Assembly (NCBI GenBank): GCA_029932915.1
Contig: JAOZPE010000001.1
Span: 32,222-96,221, forward strand
Direction of reading: 5' to 3'
From: Candidatus Krumholzibacteriia bacterium
Lineage (GTDB): Bacteria > Krumholzibacteriota > Krumholzibacteriia > JAJRXK01
DNA length: 64,000 bases
The position numbers were made by a program, and so were the translations under genes. The notes under the pieces are model-generated. The model ran no database searches. It was not told the origin of the DNA and saw only the letters and a list, made by a program, of their open reading frames with translations. Positions 8,946 to 18,693 of this stretch are shown piece after piece (position 1 is the stretch's first letter; each line of letters begins with the position of its first letter).

Positions 8946-10496
8946 CTAGCGCAACGCCATCTGCTGGGTGATGTAGCCGGGGAGATGGGGGGACTCCAGC
9001 CCGTAGACGTAACGGTCGAACCACCCGTGGAAGTCGTGGCCGGTCAGGTCCAACAGGGCCGCTTCGAGGGTCTGGCGGGTCAATACGAAGTCGGGATCGC
9101 GCTGTGCTCTGACGGCCAGATCGTACATCAGATCGTCCAGGCTCTCCTGTTGGCGGGTGACGTCGTCGATCTGCTCGTCCAGCCCGGCCGCGACGAAGAG
9201 ACCGCCGCTGTAGGTGTAGCGCGTGGTCTCGCGGTCGATGAGCACCTTCTTGCTGGCCTGGGCGAGACTGATCTTGCCCCGTAGCGGGTGGACCTCGTAC
9301 TCGCGGTGGAAGCGATCGCTCAACACCGAGGCGTAGTCGGGGAAGCTCAGCATGCCCGCCTCCAGACGTGTCTGGTAGGCATAGAACTCGGTGACCCCTT
9401 CGATGAACCAGTTCATGTCGTAGCGGTGCTGGCGGATGAGTTCGCCGCACCAGTTGTGGTAGAACTCGTGGGCGCAGAGCTGGGCCGGTTCCTGCTGCAG
9501 GCGCTTGCGGTCGGTGTTGGTGTCGATGAGCAGGATCATGCTGCCGTCGTAGTGCAGGCCGAAGTAGTGCAGGATCTCGGGGTCGCCCGATTCGGGATGG
9601 GGGCCGACCAGGAAGACGTACTCGTCGCGCAGGGGGCCTCCGAAGATGTCCATCTGGATGCCGGCCAACTGACTGAGGACCGCCAGCAGGTCGCGGTCCT
9701 GGAAGTCGTAGCGCCCGGTGACGGCCACCCGCAGCCGACAGCCACGGACCGTGCGCTCGAGGGTCCGCAGACGCCCCATGCCGACCGCCGAATGGTAGAG
9801 TGACTTGACGTCGGGCACGACCGCCGCCGTGGCGGTGCACTGGAAGGGATGCACCAGTTCCCAGTGGGGCGGCAGGGTGTATTCCACCCGGATATTGCGG
9901 AGGTCGCCGAAGACCGGGATGATGAAGATGTCCGAGCCGACCAACCGCGCGCTCGTCTCGGTGATGTCGCTGAGCATCTGGCGGGAGAAGACCCCGGTGT
10001 CGATTCCCGCCCGCAACCACACTTCATAGCGCAGGTCGATGCCGCCTCCCTTGGCCCGGATCTTCCAGTAGTCGTCCTGGGCCTCCACCGGGGTGTCGTG
10101 GCCGTTGAGATCGCGGGCTTCCCGCAGGCGGAAACGGGCGGACAGGCGGTTCTGGTCGGGAGAGACCACCACGGTGGTCAGGTAGAGGTTGGGTGAACGC
10201 ATGCCTTCGGCGTGCAGCCGTACCTGCAGCACGCCGTTCTTCAGGTCGAGCACCTTCACCTGGTAGGAGAGTTCGTACTGTTCGGTGTCGGGGTCGACGC
10301 GCAGGGCGAAACCGAGCGCCGCGCCGCCGATGACGGCGGCGACGATGCCCACCAGCGCGGCACGCCACAGGGGCGGGCGCTCCCGCACGAAACCCGGGGA
10401 TCCGAGGATCTCCAGACTGCCGGGTCCTGTATGCTTCCCGAAGATGGTGTGTGCTACCCCGACGTGTCCCCCAGAAGACCTTTCGGAGAACTGCAC
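8946..10496 (-). CDS. M61-like (glycyl aminopeptidase family) zinc metallopeptidase with N-terminal membrane anchor
   Basis: HEFYHNW...WFIEGVTEFY gluzincin motif and YSGG. Start codon uncertain. Confidence 0.75.
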   Translation of the reverse strand: MQFSERSSGGHVGVAHTIFGKHTGPGSLEILGSPGFVRERPPLWRAALVGIVAAVIGGAALGFALRVDPDTEQYELSYQVKVLDLKNGVLQVRLHAEGMRSPNLYLTTVVVSPDQNRLSARFRLREARDLNGHDTPVEAQDDYWKIRAKGGGIDLRYEVWLRAGIDTGVFSRQMLSDITETSARLVGSDIFIIPVFGDLRNIRVEYTLPPHWELVHPFQCTATAAVVPDVKSLYHSAVGMGRLRTLERTVRGCRLRVAVTGRYDFQDRDLLAVLSQLAGIQMDIFGGPLRDEYVFLVGPHPESGDPEILHYFGLHYDGSMILLIDTNTDRKRLQQEPAQLCAHEFYHNWCGELIRQHRYDMNWFIEGVTEFYAYQTRLEAGMLSFPDYASVLSDRFHREYEVHPLRGKISLAQASKKVLIDRETTRYTYSGGLFVAAGLDEQIDDVTRQQESLDDLMYDLAVRAQRDPDFVLTRQTLEAALLDLTGHDFHGWFDRYVYGLESPHLPGYITQQMALR

Positions 10497-10514
10497 GCAA
10501 CGTGCCAGGAAGAT

Positions 10515-11357
10515 TCAGAAGTCGAAGTGAAGCACGGGGATTCCCGGATCATCGATGGAAGGAGGAGGCAGCCAGCTCAAGCGCGCCTGCCTTGCCGCAT
10601 CGTCCCCGCTGCCGTCTCCTCCGTCGCCCTCCATGGCTTGTCCCACCGCCGAGGACACGAAGAAGCCGATGGTCCAGCCGAGCAGGACATCCGACGGGAA
10701 GTGCTTGTTGCCCTGCAGGCGGCTCAGACCAGCGAAGACGGCCGCTGTATAGGCGGGCACTCCGATCCACCACCCGAAGCGCATCTGCAGCATCCGGGCC
10801 GAGGCCATGGTCGCGCTGGCGTGGCCGGAGGGAAGGTTCTTGTCGTTGCTGCCGTCGGGTCGTTCCCTCTGCGCGGTGATCTTGATCAACTCGGTGATGC
10901 CGGCGGTGATGAGGTTCGCTTCGGCGTAGAGCACACCGGTGTCCCGCACGTGATGGTTCCCGACGAGCTGTCCTCCTCCGGCCAGCGCGATGCTCACCGC
11001 CGTCACCCACTTGCGGTGTCCGAGCTCACGGCCCAGATCGACCGCGCCGTCGCCCAGGGGCTGTTCATCCCGGAACCATTCGGTGATCTCCCCATCCCAA
11101 GGGGAGATGAGCAGGGCGGCCGCGGCGCCGCCGGCCGCCATCAGGAGCAGATCCCGATCGCCGGCGTGATGCCAGACGCGGGCCAGGTGCCGGGGGGTGA
11201 AGGGGTAGGGGGGCGATGCAACGGGCCCGGGTGGCTCGGCCTGTGCACCATGCGCCGGCAGCGGCAGCAGGGCCACCAGCAGGAGAGGGACGATCAGCAG
11301 GAGGCCGGCCGGGATCCAGGGTCGAGGGGCGGTCGGTGGTTGGGTGGAGAGGTCCAT
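10515..11357 (-). CDS. PAP2-family phosphatase (possibly a lipid A / lipid phosphate phosphatase)
   Basis: K..AQRERP, PSGHA and SRLQGNKHFPSDV are the three PAP2 motifs. Signal-like N-terminus. Confidence 0.85.
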   Translation of the reverse strand: MDLSTQPPTAPRPWIPAGLLLIVPLLLVALLPLPAHGAQAEPPGPVASPPYPFTPRHLARVWHHAGDRDLLLMAAGGAAAALLISPWDGEITEWFRDEQPLGDGAVDLGRELGHRKWVTAVSIALAGGGQLVGNHHVRDTGVLYAEANLITAGITELIKITAQRERPDGSNDKNLPSGHASATMASARMLQMRFGWWIGVPAYTAAVFAGLSRLQGNKHFPSDVLLGWTIGFFVSSAVGQAMEGDGGDGSGDDAARQARLSWLPPPSIDDPGIPVLHFDF

Positions 11358-11433
11358 GGATGGTCCAGCTCGAGGGGGGCTCGATCGGCAGCATCGGTCA
11401 ATGTGCACCCAAAAGCAAGGAGCGGCGCGGCCC

Positions 11434-11462
11434 TTGAAATGTACCTTCGCGTCCACTACCCT
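11434..11462 (+). promoter_or_regulatory. sigma70-like promoter TTGAAA-N17-TACCCT
   Basis: Canonical spacing, ~150 nt upstream of the STAS gene. Confidence 0.45.
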
Positions 11463-11616
11463 GCAGTGGTCGTCGGCACACGGAAGCCGTGTTCCAGGCG
11501 GATTCCGGCGTTCTCGGGGGCAAGGACCGCTCGCGGCACCGTCGGCACCCAGCTTTCCACGGTCGAAGTGCTTGCGGTGGGGCGCTTTCTCTAGAGATCC
11601 ACGACGGGAGGATCCG

Positions 11617-11958
11617 GTGAAGATCAAGCAACGCGAAGTGGGCGACATCGTCGTCCTCGAGCTGTCCGGCAAGATCATGGGCGGCGACGATTTCGATCTC
11701 TTCAACAATACGATCAAGCAGTTGATCGCCGAGGGGAAGATCGACATCGTGCTGAACATGTCCAGGGTCAGGTGGATCAACAGCACCGGTCTGGGCTTGA
11801 TGGTCTCGGCCTATACCACCCTGGTCAAGAACGGCGGGCGCATGAAGATCTGCGAGATGAGCGACCGCGTCGACAACATCCTGCACGTCACCCAGTTGGG
11901 CCTGGTCTTCGAGCATTATGACAAGGAAGAGGACGCTCTGGCCTCCTTCCAGGACTGA
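11617..11958 (+). CDS. STAS-domain anti-sigma-factor antagonist (SpoIIAA/RsbV-like)
   Basis: WINSTGLG phospho-Ser motif, 113 aa, GTG start after GGGAGGA. Confidence 0.9.
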   Translation: MKIKQREVGDIVVLELSGKIMGGDDFDLFNNTIKQLIAEGKIDIVLNMSRVRWINSTGLGLMVSAYTTLVKNGGRMKICEMSDRVDNILHVTQLGLVFEHYDKEEDALASFQD

Positions 11959-12140
11959 CGGGACCCCCCGGAGGGCCGGGAGCGGATCTGTACGCGAAAT
12001 CATGGGAAAGGACGGGGAATGACGGGAAACCGCCCCCGTCCTTCTTGTATGGGTCGGCCTGTTCCTTGCGTATGGACCAGGGGATTCCGGAGGAAGCCCG
12101 ATCGCAGGGGCACCACCGGACAGTCAAGGAGAGGCCGATC

Positions 12141-12758
12141 ATGCCCGATCGTCAGCCCGATGGTGTCAACCACAAGCCCTTGCTCGACAATGAGCAGGCC
12201 GTCGCCAGCGTGGTGGACACCCTCAAGGCCAACGAGCCCGTGTGCGAGGAAGACCCCGTCCGTGCCCTGGCCGAGATGCAGGAATTCCTCGAGGCCCGTG
12301 GGCCCCATCCACAGCTTCTGAGCCGCATCGCCGTGCTCCAGCAGCGGCTGGGTCGGCCCGAGGCCCTGGAGACGGCCCGTGAGGCCGGCCGCCTGGCCAT
12401 CAGCCTGGGCAACACCGCCGCGGTGGCCGAGCTGCTCGCTCCATTCGGCGAGCAGTGGGACGCCCTGGGTTGGGACCAGGAGCACTGGCTCAAACTGGCC
12501 TCGTCCCAGCGCTCGTTGGGGTACCTGGAGATGGCCCAGCGGATCTACCGCCATGTGCTGGCCGACGATCCGGGCTCACTGGGTGCGATCAAGGGCCTCC
12601 TGCAGATCGCCGACAGCTACCTGCGCCAGAAGGAGACCCGCGAGCGGGCCAACGAGGTGTACGACATCCTCGACGAGCTGGCCCCGGATCATCCCTTCCA
12701 GGACTACGTGGAGATGGGACGCGAGAAGGCGGCTCGCCCGGCCGAAGCCGTGCGCTGA
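12141..12758 (+). CDS. Hypothetical TPR-like helical protein
   Basis: AAGGAG RBS, high-GC3 codon usage, TPR-like pattern (LGYLEMAQRIYRHVLADDP). Confidence 0.65.
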   Translation: MPDRQPDGVNHKPLLDNEQAVASVVDTLKANEPVCEEDPVRALAEMQEFLEARGPHPQLLSRIAVLQQRLGRPEALETAREAGRLAISLGNTAAVAELLAPFGEQWDALGWDQEHWLKLASSQRSLGYLEMAQRIYRHVLADDPGSLGAIKGLLQIADSYLRQKETRERANEVYDILDELAPDHPFQDYVEMGREKAARPAEAVR

Positions 12759-12851
12759 GGCCGCGCCCGTCCCCACCACCGGCCGAAGCCGTGCGCCGAG
12801 GCCGCACCCGTCGCCACCACCGGCCGCGGATCCGGCTGCGGGGGGTCTCCC

Positions 12852-13613
12852 TCAGTCCGCTTCCCCCTGCTCGGCGATCCACAGCTTCACGTCCCGCAGG
12901 AAGCGTCCCAGGACGGTGAGGCTCGCCCACAGGAAGCCGGGGAAACCGTCGCGGAATCCACCCCGGGCCACATAGAAACGCCAGAAGGTGGCCGGAGGGC
13001 TGCCCAGCAGATGTCCCAGCCGGAAGGGCCGCGGCCGGTCGGCGATCTCCAGACTGGTGTAGAGGTCCATCTTGCGCACGTAGGCGTCCACCCCTCCGAA
13101 GGTGTAGTGGTCGAGTGCCTCCTCCAGGCGTCCCACCGGCAGGCGGGGCGGAAGCACCACTCCTTCGTGGACCCGGCTGTCGGTGTAGTGGGCCCCCTCG
13201 CGCCGGAACAGCCTCAGAGGATAGTCCCGATCCAGCCCCATCGAGCGCATCTCGTGGCCCAGGATGAAGTTGCGCCGCCGCACCCGGTAGCCTCCCATGC
13301 CCACCAGTTGCTGGTTGGCCACCAGGTGTTCCCACTTGGCCGCCAGCTCCGTCGAGACCCGCTCGTCGGCGTCCAGGGCCAGGACCCAGTCGCCTTCGGC
13401 CAGTTCCAGGACCCGTTGCTTGGCATGGCCGAAGTCGTCGAAGACCCCCTCGAAGAGCCGCACCTTCGGGTGGGCCGAGGCGATCGAGAGCGTGGCGTCC
13501 CGGCTTCCGGTGTCCAGGACGACGATCTCGTCGGCCATCTCCTCCACGCTGGCCAGCGCCCCGGGGAGCTTGTCCTCCTCGTCGCGGACGATCATGGTGA
13601 CGCTCAAACGCAT
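12852..13613 (-). CDS. GT2 glycosyltransferase (LPS core beta-1,4-glucosyltransferase, KdtX/WaaE-like)
   Basis: DTGSRDAT, LDADE, RLFRR, VHE, GGFRDGFPG. Confidence 0.88.
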   Translation of the reverse strand: MRLSVTMIVRDEEDKLPGALASVEEMADEIVVLDTGSRDATLSIASAHPKVRLFEGVFDDFGHAKQRVLELAEGDWVLALDADERVSTELAAKWEHLVANQQLVGMGGYRVRRRNFILGHEMRSMGLDRDYPLRLFRREGAHYTDSRVHEGVVLPPRLPVGRLEEALDHYTFGGVDAYVRKMDLYTSLEIADRPRPFRLGHLLGSPPATFWRFYVARGGFRDGFPGFLWASLTVLGRFLRDVKLWIAEQGEAD

Positions 13614-13773
13614 GGATTCTCCCCCGATGCCGGTCGGCCGATGGGCTCAGGCTTGCCCCCGGCCCCTGTCGGTACTTCCTTGGGGCTCTGCCGCAGGACA
13701 GTATCGGCGCCGCCGGGGCCGGGCGTCAACGCCGCGACCCCCGGATGCGGTCTTTTCACAGGAGCAGGACAGG

Positions 13774-15003
13774 ATGGGCATCACGCAACGACAAGTGGAA
13801 GAAGCGCTGAAGACGGTGAAGTATCCGGGCTTCAGCCGGGACATCGTCTCCTTCGGACTGGTTCGGGAGATCCGCGTCGAAGGGGGCAAGGTGCACGTAC
13901 TCGTCGAACACCGGATCGACGACGCGGCCACCCTGGAGACCTTCCAGCAGGAGGCCCAACGGGCTCTCGATGGGATCGAAGGGGTCGAGGAGGCCCATAT
14001 CGAGTGGCGGGGCAAGGCTGCCTCCGAAGGGAAGGGCGATGAGAAGGGCACCCCGGCCGGGAAGCCCGAGGTATCGACCGCTTCCGCCGGCGCGTCGGCG
14101 AAGACCGCGACCAAGGGCGGCTACGTGGCCGCTCCCTCGCTCTCCACGCCTTCGCCGGATCCATGGGCCGATCAGGCGCCCCTGCCCGGGGTCAAGGCGG
14201 TCATCGCCGTGGCCAGTGCCAAGGGAGGAGTCGGCAAGTCCACGGTGGCCACCAACCTGGCCCTGGCCCTGTCGGCCAAGGGCAAGAAGGTCGGTCTGCT
14301 CGACGCGGACATCTACGGTCCGAGTCTTCCCACCATGATGGGAGTGAACGAGCGGCCGGAGGTGCAGGACGGCAACAAGATCCTTCCGGTGATGAAGGAG
14401 GGCATCGCGTGCATGTCCATCGGTTTCCTGGTGCCCCAGGACAAGGCCATGATCTGGCGCGGTCCGATGGTCATGGGGGCGATCAACCAGTTCCTGGACG
14501 ACGTGCGATGGAACGGCCTGGACGTGCTCATCGTCGATCTGCCCCCGGGAACCGGTGACGCCCAGTTGTCGCTGGCCCAGAAGGTTCCCCTGACCGGGGT
14601 GATCATGGTCACCACACCCCAGGACGTCGCGGTGATCGATGTCGTCCGCGGCATCCAGATGTTCGAGGAGACCAAGGTGCCCATCGTGGGCATCATCGAG
14701 AACATGAGTGTCTTCGTCTGCCCCCACTGTGGGCACGAGGAACACATCTTCGGCGAGGGCGGGGGCAAGCGGACCGCCGAGCGTTTCGGTGTGCCCTACC
14801 TGGGCGGTATCCCCCTGGAGCCCGCGGTGGTGGCCACCGGGGACGAAGGCCGCCCGGTGGTGGTGGCCCGGCCCGACAGCGCGTCGGCCAAAGCATTCCT
14901 GGCCGTGGCCGAGCAGGTGGAGCAGTATCTGCAGACCCCGCACGGGGGCCATCACCACGGACATGGACATGGCGGGCACAGCCATGCCGGTCACGGTCAC
15001 TGA
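13774..15003 (+). CDS. mrp: Mrp/NBP35 (ApbC) Fe-S cluster carrier ATPase with His-rich tail
   Basis: N-terminal DIVSFG (FeS assembly domain), AKGGVGKST, DADIYGPS, WRGPM, DLPPGTGD, ENMS..CPHC. Confidence 0.93.
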   Translation: MGITQRQVEEALKTVKYPGFSRDIVSFGLVREIRVEGGKVHVLVEHRIDDAATLETFQQEAQRALDGIEGVEEAHIEWRGKAASEGKGDEKGTPAGKPEVSTASAGASAKTATKGGYVAAPSLSTPSPDPWADQAPLPGVKAVIAVASAKGGVGKSTVATNLALALSAKGKKVGLLDADIYGPSLPTMMGVNERPEVQDGNKILPVMKEGIACMSIGFLVPQDKAMIWRGPMVMGAINQFLDDVRWNGLDVLIVDLPPGTGDAQLSLAQKVPLTGVIMVTTPQDVAVIDVVRGIQMFEETKVPIVGIIENMSVFVCPHCGHEEHIFGEGGGKRTAERFGVPYLGGIPLEPAVVATGDEGRPVVVARPDSASAKAFLAVAEQVEQYLQTPHGGHHHGHGHGGHSHAGHGH

Positions 15004-15089
15004 GACCGTTCCACCGGCGACCGATGAACACAGCGGCGTGACCATGGGGGCCACGCCGCCCGATCTTCCCCATCCGCTCGGCAGCGACG

Positions 15090-15548
15090 ATGAAACTGAT
15101 CGAGTACACCAGCGAGGAACTCTGTCTGGCCGGCCTGCGCGTGCCGGACAAGGAGAGCTGTCTCGATCGCATGTGCGCGCGGCTGGAGGAAGCCGGTCGC
15201 CTGAAGGAGCGGTCTGCGCTCCATCGGGCTCTTTTGGAGCGTGAGAAGGTGGAATCGACGGGCATCGGAGGCGGGATCGCCCTTCCCCATGCCCGCTGTG
15301 AGGACTTCGACGGCCACGCGGTGGCCATCGCCCATCTGGCCGAGCCCATCGACTACGGCGCTCCCGATGGGAGGCCGGTCGACCTGGTCTTCCTGTTGGC
15401 CGGATCCAGCCGCCGTCCCGGGCAGCAGCTTCGGGTCCTGGCCCGGATCTCCACCCTGGTGAGGATCGACTCCTTCCTGGCCGAGCTGCGGGCGGCGTCC
15501 ACCCCGGAGGCGATGTGCCGGGCCCTGCGGAAGGCCGAGGGGCTCTAG
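15090..15548 (+). CDS. PTS EIIA component (Ntr/fructose type)
   Basis: REKVESTGIGGGIALPHAR and APDGRPVDLVFLL. Confidence 0.9.
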   Translation: MKLIEYTSEELCLAGLRVPDKESCLDRMCARLEEAGRLKERSALHRALLEREKVESTGIGGGIALPHARCEDFDGHAVAIAHLAEPIDYGAPDGRPVDLVFLLAGSSRRPGQQLRVLARISTLVRIDSFLAELRAASTPEAMCRALRKAEGL

Positions 15549-15827
15549 GGCCCCGAGGGCGCAAGGAGATTCTCCGCCACTTGCTGCAGGTCGGGGGCAC
15601 TCCGGTGTTCCGGCCGGGTTGGGGTCCGTTCCCGGCGGCCGTCCTTTCCCCTTCCCCCCGGCGGGGCCATTTGCTAGTGTGGATTTCCTTTCCCATCCCG
15701 CGGATCGGTTTCGGCCTGCATTTCCGGTGGAGTCCTTGCCTCGAGGACGGCCGCCGGGGTGAGGTCGCTCTCCCGGAATTCCATCGGCGGCCTCCCTCCA
15801 TGGGCCGCCAGCCAAGGAGCTGGACCC

Positions 15828-18680
15828 TTGCGACGCACTTTCGGAATGGTCACCACGACGACTGCTTCGACTCTTTCGATCCTTCTCTTCCTTCTTGTGC
15901 TGAGCCCCAACCTCGCGTCGGCCCAACCGACGGTGACCGATGTGCAGACCCCCGATCTGCTCTCGGTGCTGATCACCTTCTCCGAGGCGATCGATCCGAC
16001 GACGGGCAACACGGTTGCCAACTACCTCATCTACGAAAAGGATGACATCGGCAATCGTCCGCCCATCTCCTCGGCGGTCACTTCCGGCTCGCAGGTGACG
16101 CTCGCCCTGGATGCCGCGCTCACCGACGGCATGGTCTATTCGCTGCGTGTGCAGGGTGTGGAGAACACCTCGGGCGAGGTGATGGAGACGCAGATCGTCG
16201 ACTTCACCGCGTCGGGCCCGGACATCACGCCACCGGAGGTCACCGGGGCCTCGGCCGTCGACGACCAGACGGTGCGGATCGACTTCAACGAGGCCATCGA
16301 TGCGGGCAGCGCCGCCGACCCCGGTTCCTATCTGTTGTATCCCACCGCGCAGCCGGGCAGTCCCTTGACCATCACCGCCATCGGCACGGCCACCTCCAGC
16401 GTGACCCTCACCCTCGGTTCCTCCCTGAGCGACGGTGTCGAGTACACGGTGGAGGTCAGTGACGTCGAGGACCTCGCAGGCAACGCCATCGAGGACAACA
16501 ACACCGCCACCTTCACCTACACCGCCTCGTCTGCCGCCACCCCCATCGCCGACATCCAGGCCGATCCGGATTCGTGGGAAGGTCAGGTGGTGACCGTCGA
16601 GGGTGTGGTCTACATCCCCAGTGATTACCGGGGGACGGTCGTCAGCGGCTTCATCCAGGACGAGTCGGGCCGCGGCATCAACCTCTTCGGAACGGGGATG
16701 GATGTGGCGGCCCTGCAGACCGTGGGCAACCGGGTGCGGGTCACCGGCACGGTCACCTCGTACTTCACCACGGTGGAGATCCAGGACCCCACCGAGGTCA
16801 CCCTCATCAGCAGCGGCAATCCCCGTCCCACGCCGGTGCAGTTGGGAACGGGAGCGGCAGCGTCTACCCAGTGGGAAGGCACTTTCATTGAAGTGAGCGG
16901 GTCCATTCAGAGTCAGGTGGTTGCCAATGGTGCCGTCAACTACACCGTCAATGATGGGAGCGGTCCGATCATTGTGCGGGTGGTCGACACCCTGGGCGCG
17001 CCGAGCTTCTCCAACGGCACCACCATCACCGCCCGGGGAGCGGGCGCTCAGTACCAGAGCGACTACCAGGTGCTGGTGGGCCTGGCCAGCGATGTCTTCG
17101 AGGGCAACGGAGGGGACACGACGCCACCGCAGGTGATCAGCGCGAGTGGCTCGAACGAGACCTCGATCGTGGTGAATTTCAACGAGGCGCTCGATCCCAC
17201 CACCGCCCAGGTCTCGGCCAACTACGAGGTATATGAGAGTTCAGCCCCGTCGAACACCCTCACGGTGACTGCCGCTTCGCTGACGGGCAGCCGGGTCACC
17301 CTCACCCTGGCCTCGGCCATGAACGAGGGCACCTCCTACACGGTGACGGTTTCCAATGTCGAGGACCTCGCTGGCAATGTCATCGCCGGGAACAACACCG
17401 CGACCTTCACCTATACCCCATCCTCGGGGGCCACACCCATCGCCGACATCCAGGCCGATCCAGAGGCTTACGAGGGTCAAGAGGTCACCGTCGAAGGCGT
17501 GGTCTACATTCCGACGAACTACCGGGGAACGACCACCAGCGGCTTCATCCAGGATGAGTCCGGCCGCGGGATCAACCTCTTCGGCCGGGGCATGGACGTC
17601 CCTGCCCTGACGACGGTGGGCAACCGGGTGCGGGTGACCGGAACCATCGACATCTATTTCACCACGGTGGAGCTCACCAGCCCCACCGAGGTCACGCTCA
17701 TCAGCAGCGGCACGCGGATCCCGCCCACCCAGTTGAGCACCGGGGCGGCGGCGAACCACCAGTGGGAGGGCACCTTCATCGAGGTCTCCGGACCCATCCA
17801 GAGCCAGGCCGTCGCCGGCACCGCCATCAACTACACGGTGGACGACGGAAGCGGCCCGATCATCGTGCGGGTGGTGGACACCCTGGGTGCGCCGAGCTTC
17901 GACAACGGGACCACCATCACCGCTCGGGGAGCGGGTGGCCAGTACCAGAGTGACTTCCAGGTGCTGGTGGGCCTGGTCAGCGACATCTTCGAGGGCACCG
18001 GCGGCGACCTCACGCCGCCGCGGATCGAACGGGCCAGCCTGGAGACCGCGACCACGGTGATCATCGACTTCAGTGAGGGAGTCGAAGCCACTTCGGCCAC
18101 CACCGCCGACAACTACGAGGTGTTCCGGACCAACAGTCCCGGCGAGACGGCCGGGGTCACCGGCGTGGAGTTCGTCTCGGGCAGCAACAACCGCGTCCGT
18201 CTGCAGCTCGACCGCAGCGTGAGTCTGGACGAAGGCTGGTCGGTGCGGGTGCGCAACGTGGCCGATCTCAACGGCAACGCCATTTCGCCGAGCGGGGTGA
18301 CGGCGCGGCTCGAGGCCCTTCTCAAGGAAGAGATCGACCTGGAGGGACCGCCCTTCACCTTCCTGCCTCGCGACGGGGAACGCTATCCGTTGACCATCAA
18401 TCTCACCTCGGAGCTGGTTGACCACAACGCCGAGGTGGTCCTGAGGATCTTCAACATGAACGGGGCCCTGGTACGGACGCTCTATGACAGCCGGGTGGCT
18501 CCATTGAGTTCCGTCTTCAGGGACAACCGGGCGACCATCGAATGGGACGGTACCGATGACTACAAGGAATGGGTGCCGGCCGGAGCATACGTGGCGCACC
18601 TGCAGGTGCGCGAGGCTGGAGGTAGCGGTTCCAATGAGGTCCATATTCCCGTGGTCGTGGCCACGCGCCTGGATCGATAG
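15828..18680 (+). CDS. Secreted multidomain protein: four Ig-like domains, two tandem OB-fold pairs (YhcR/ExeM-like) and a C-terminal FlgD-Ig/T9SS-like sorting domain
   Basis: TTG start 8 nt after AAGGAG; signal peptide ending ASA-Q; Ig repeats F.EA.D..A..NY / V.DL.GN; OB repeats TPIADIQ..GQ.VTVEGVV..GFIQD..VGNRVRVTG; CTD LRIFNMNGALVRTL..WDG....VPAGAY. Confidence 0.8.
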   Translation: MRRTFGMVTTTTASTLSILLFLLVLSPNLASAQPTVTDVQTPDLLSVLITFSEAIDPTTGNTVANYLIYEKDDIGNRPPISSAVTSGSQVTLALDAALTDGMVYSLRVQGVENTSGEVMETQIVDFTASGPDITPPEVTGASAVDDQTVRIDFNEAIDAGSAADPGSYLLYPTAQPGSPLTITAIGTATSSVTLTLGSSLSDGVEYTVEVSDVEDLAGNAIEDNNTATFTYTASSAATPIADIQADPDSWEGQVVTVEGVVYIPSDYRGTVVSGFIQDESGRGINLFGTGMDVAALQTVGNRVRVTGTVTSYFTTVEIQDPTEVTLISSGNPRPTPVQLGTGAAASTQWEGTFIEVSGSIQSQVVANGAVNYTVNDGSGPIIVRVVDTLGAPSFSNGTTITARGAGAQYQSDYQVLVGLASDVFEGNGGDTTPPQVISASGSNETSIVVNFNEALDPTTAQVSANYEVYESSAPSNTLTVTAASLTGSRVTLTLASAMNEGTSYTVTVSNVEDLAGNVIAGNNTATFTYTPSSGATPIADIQADPEAYEGQEVTVEGVVYIPTNYRGTTTSGFIQDESGRGINLFGRGMDVPALTTVGNRVRVTGTIDIYFTTVELTSPTEVTLISSGTRIPPTQLSTGAAANHQWEGTFIEVSGPIQSQAVAGTAINYTVDDGSGPIIVRVVDTLGAPSFDNGTTITARGAGGQYQSDFQVLVGLVSDIFEGTGGDLTPPRIERASLETATTVIIDFSEGVEATSATTADNYEVFRTNSPGETAGVTGVEFVSGSNNRVRLQLDRSVSLDEGWSVRVRNVADLNGNAISPSGVTARLEALLKEEIDLEGPPFTFLPRDGERYPLTINLTSELVDHNAEVVLRIFNMNGALVRTLYDSRVAPLSSVFRDNRATIEWDGTDDYKEWVPAGAYVAHLQVREAGGSGSNEVHIPVVVATRLDR
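16221..18005 (+). repeat. Intragenic tandem duplication, two units of ~894 bp (Ig + OB + OB)
   Basis: Unit starts DITPP (16221), DTTPP (17115) and DLTPP (18006). The OB-fold portions are near-identical in protein sequence. Confidence 0.9.
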
Positions 18681-18693
18681 GAGCAGAAGACCA

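Noticed and set aside
16221-18005. Possible DGR template/variable repeat pair
   Set aside because: Both copies are in-frame domains of one gene, the differences are mostly synonymous and not adenine-specific, and there is no reverse transcriptase in the window.
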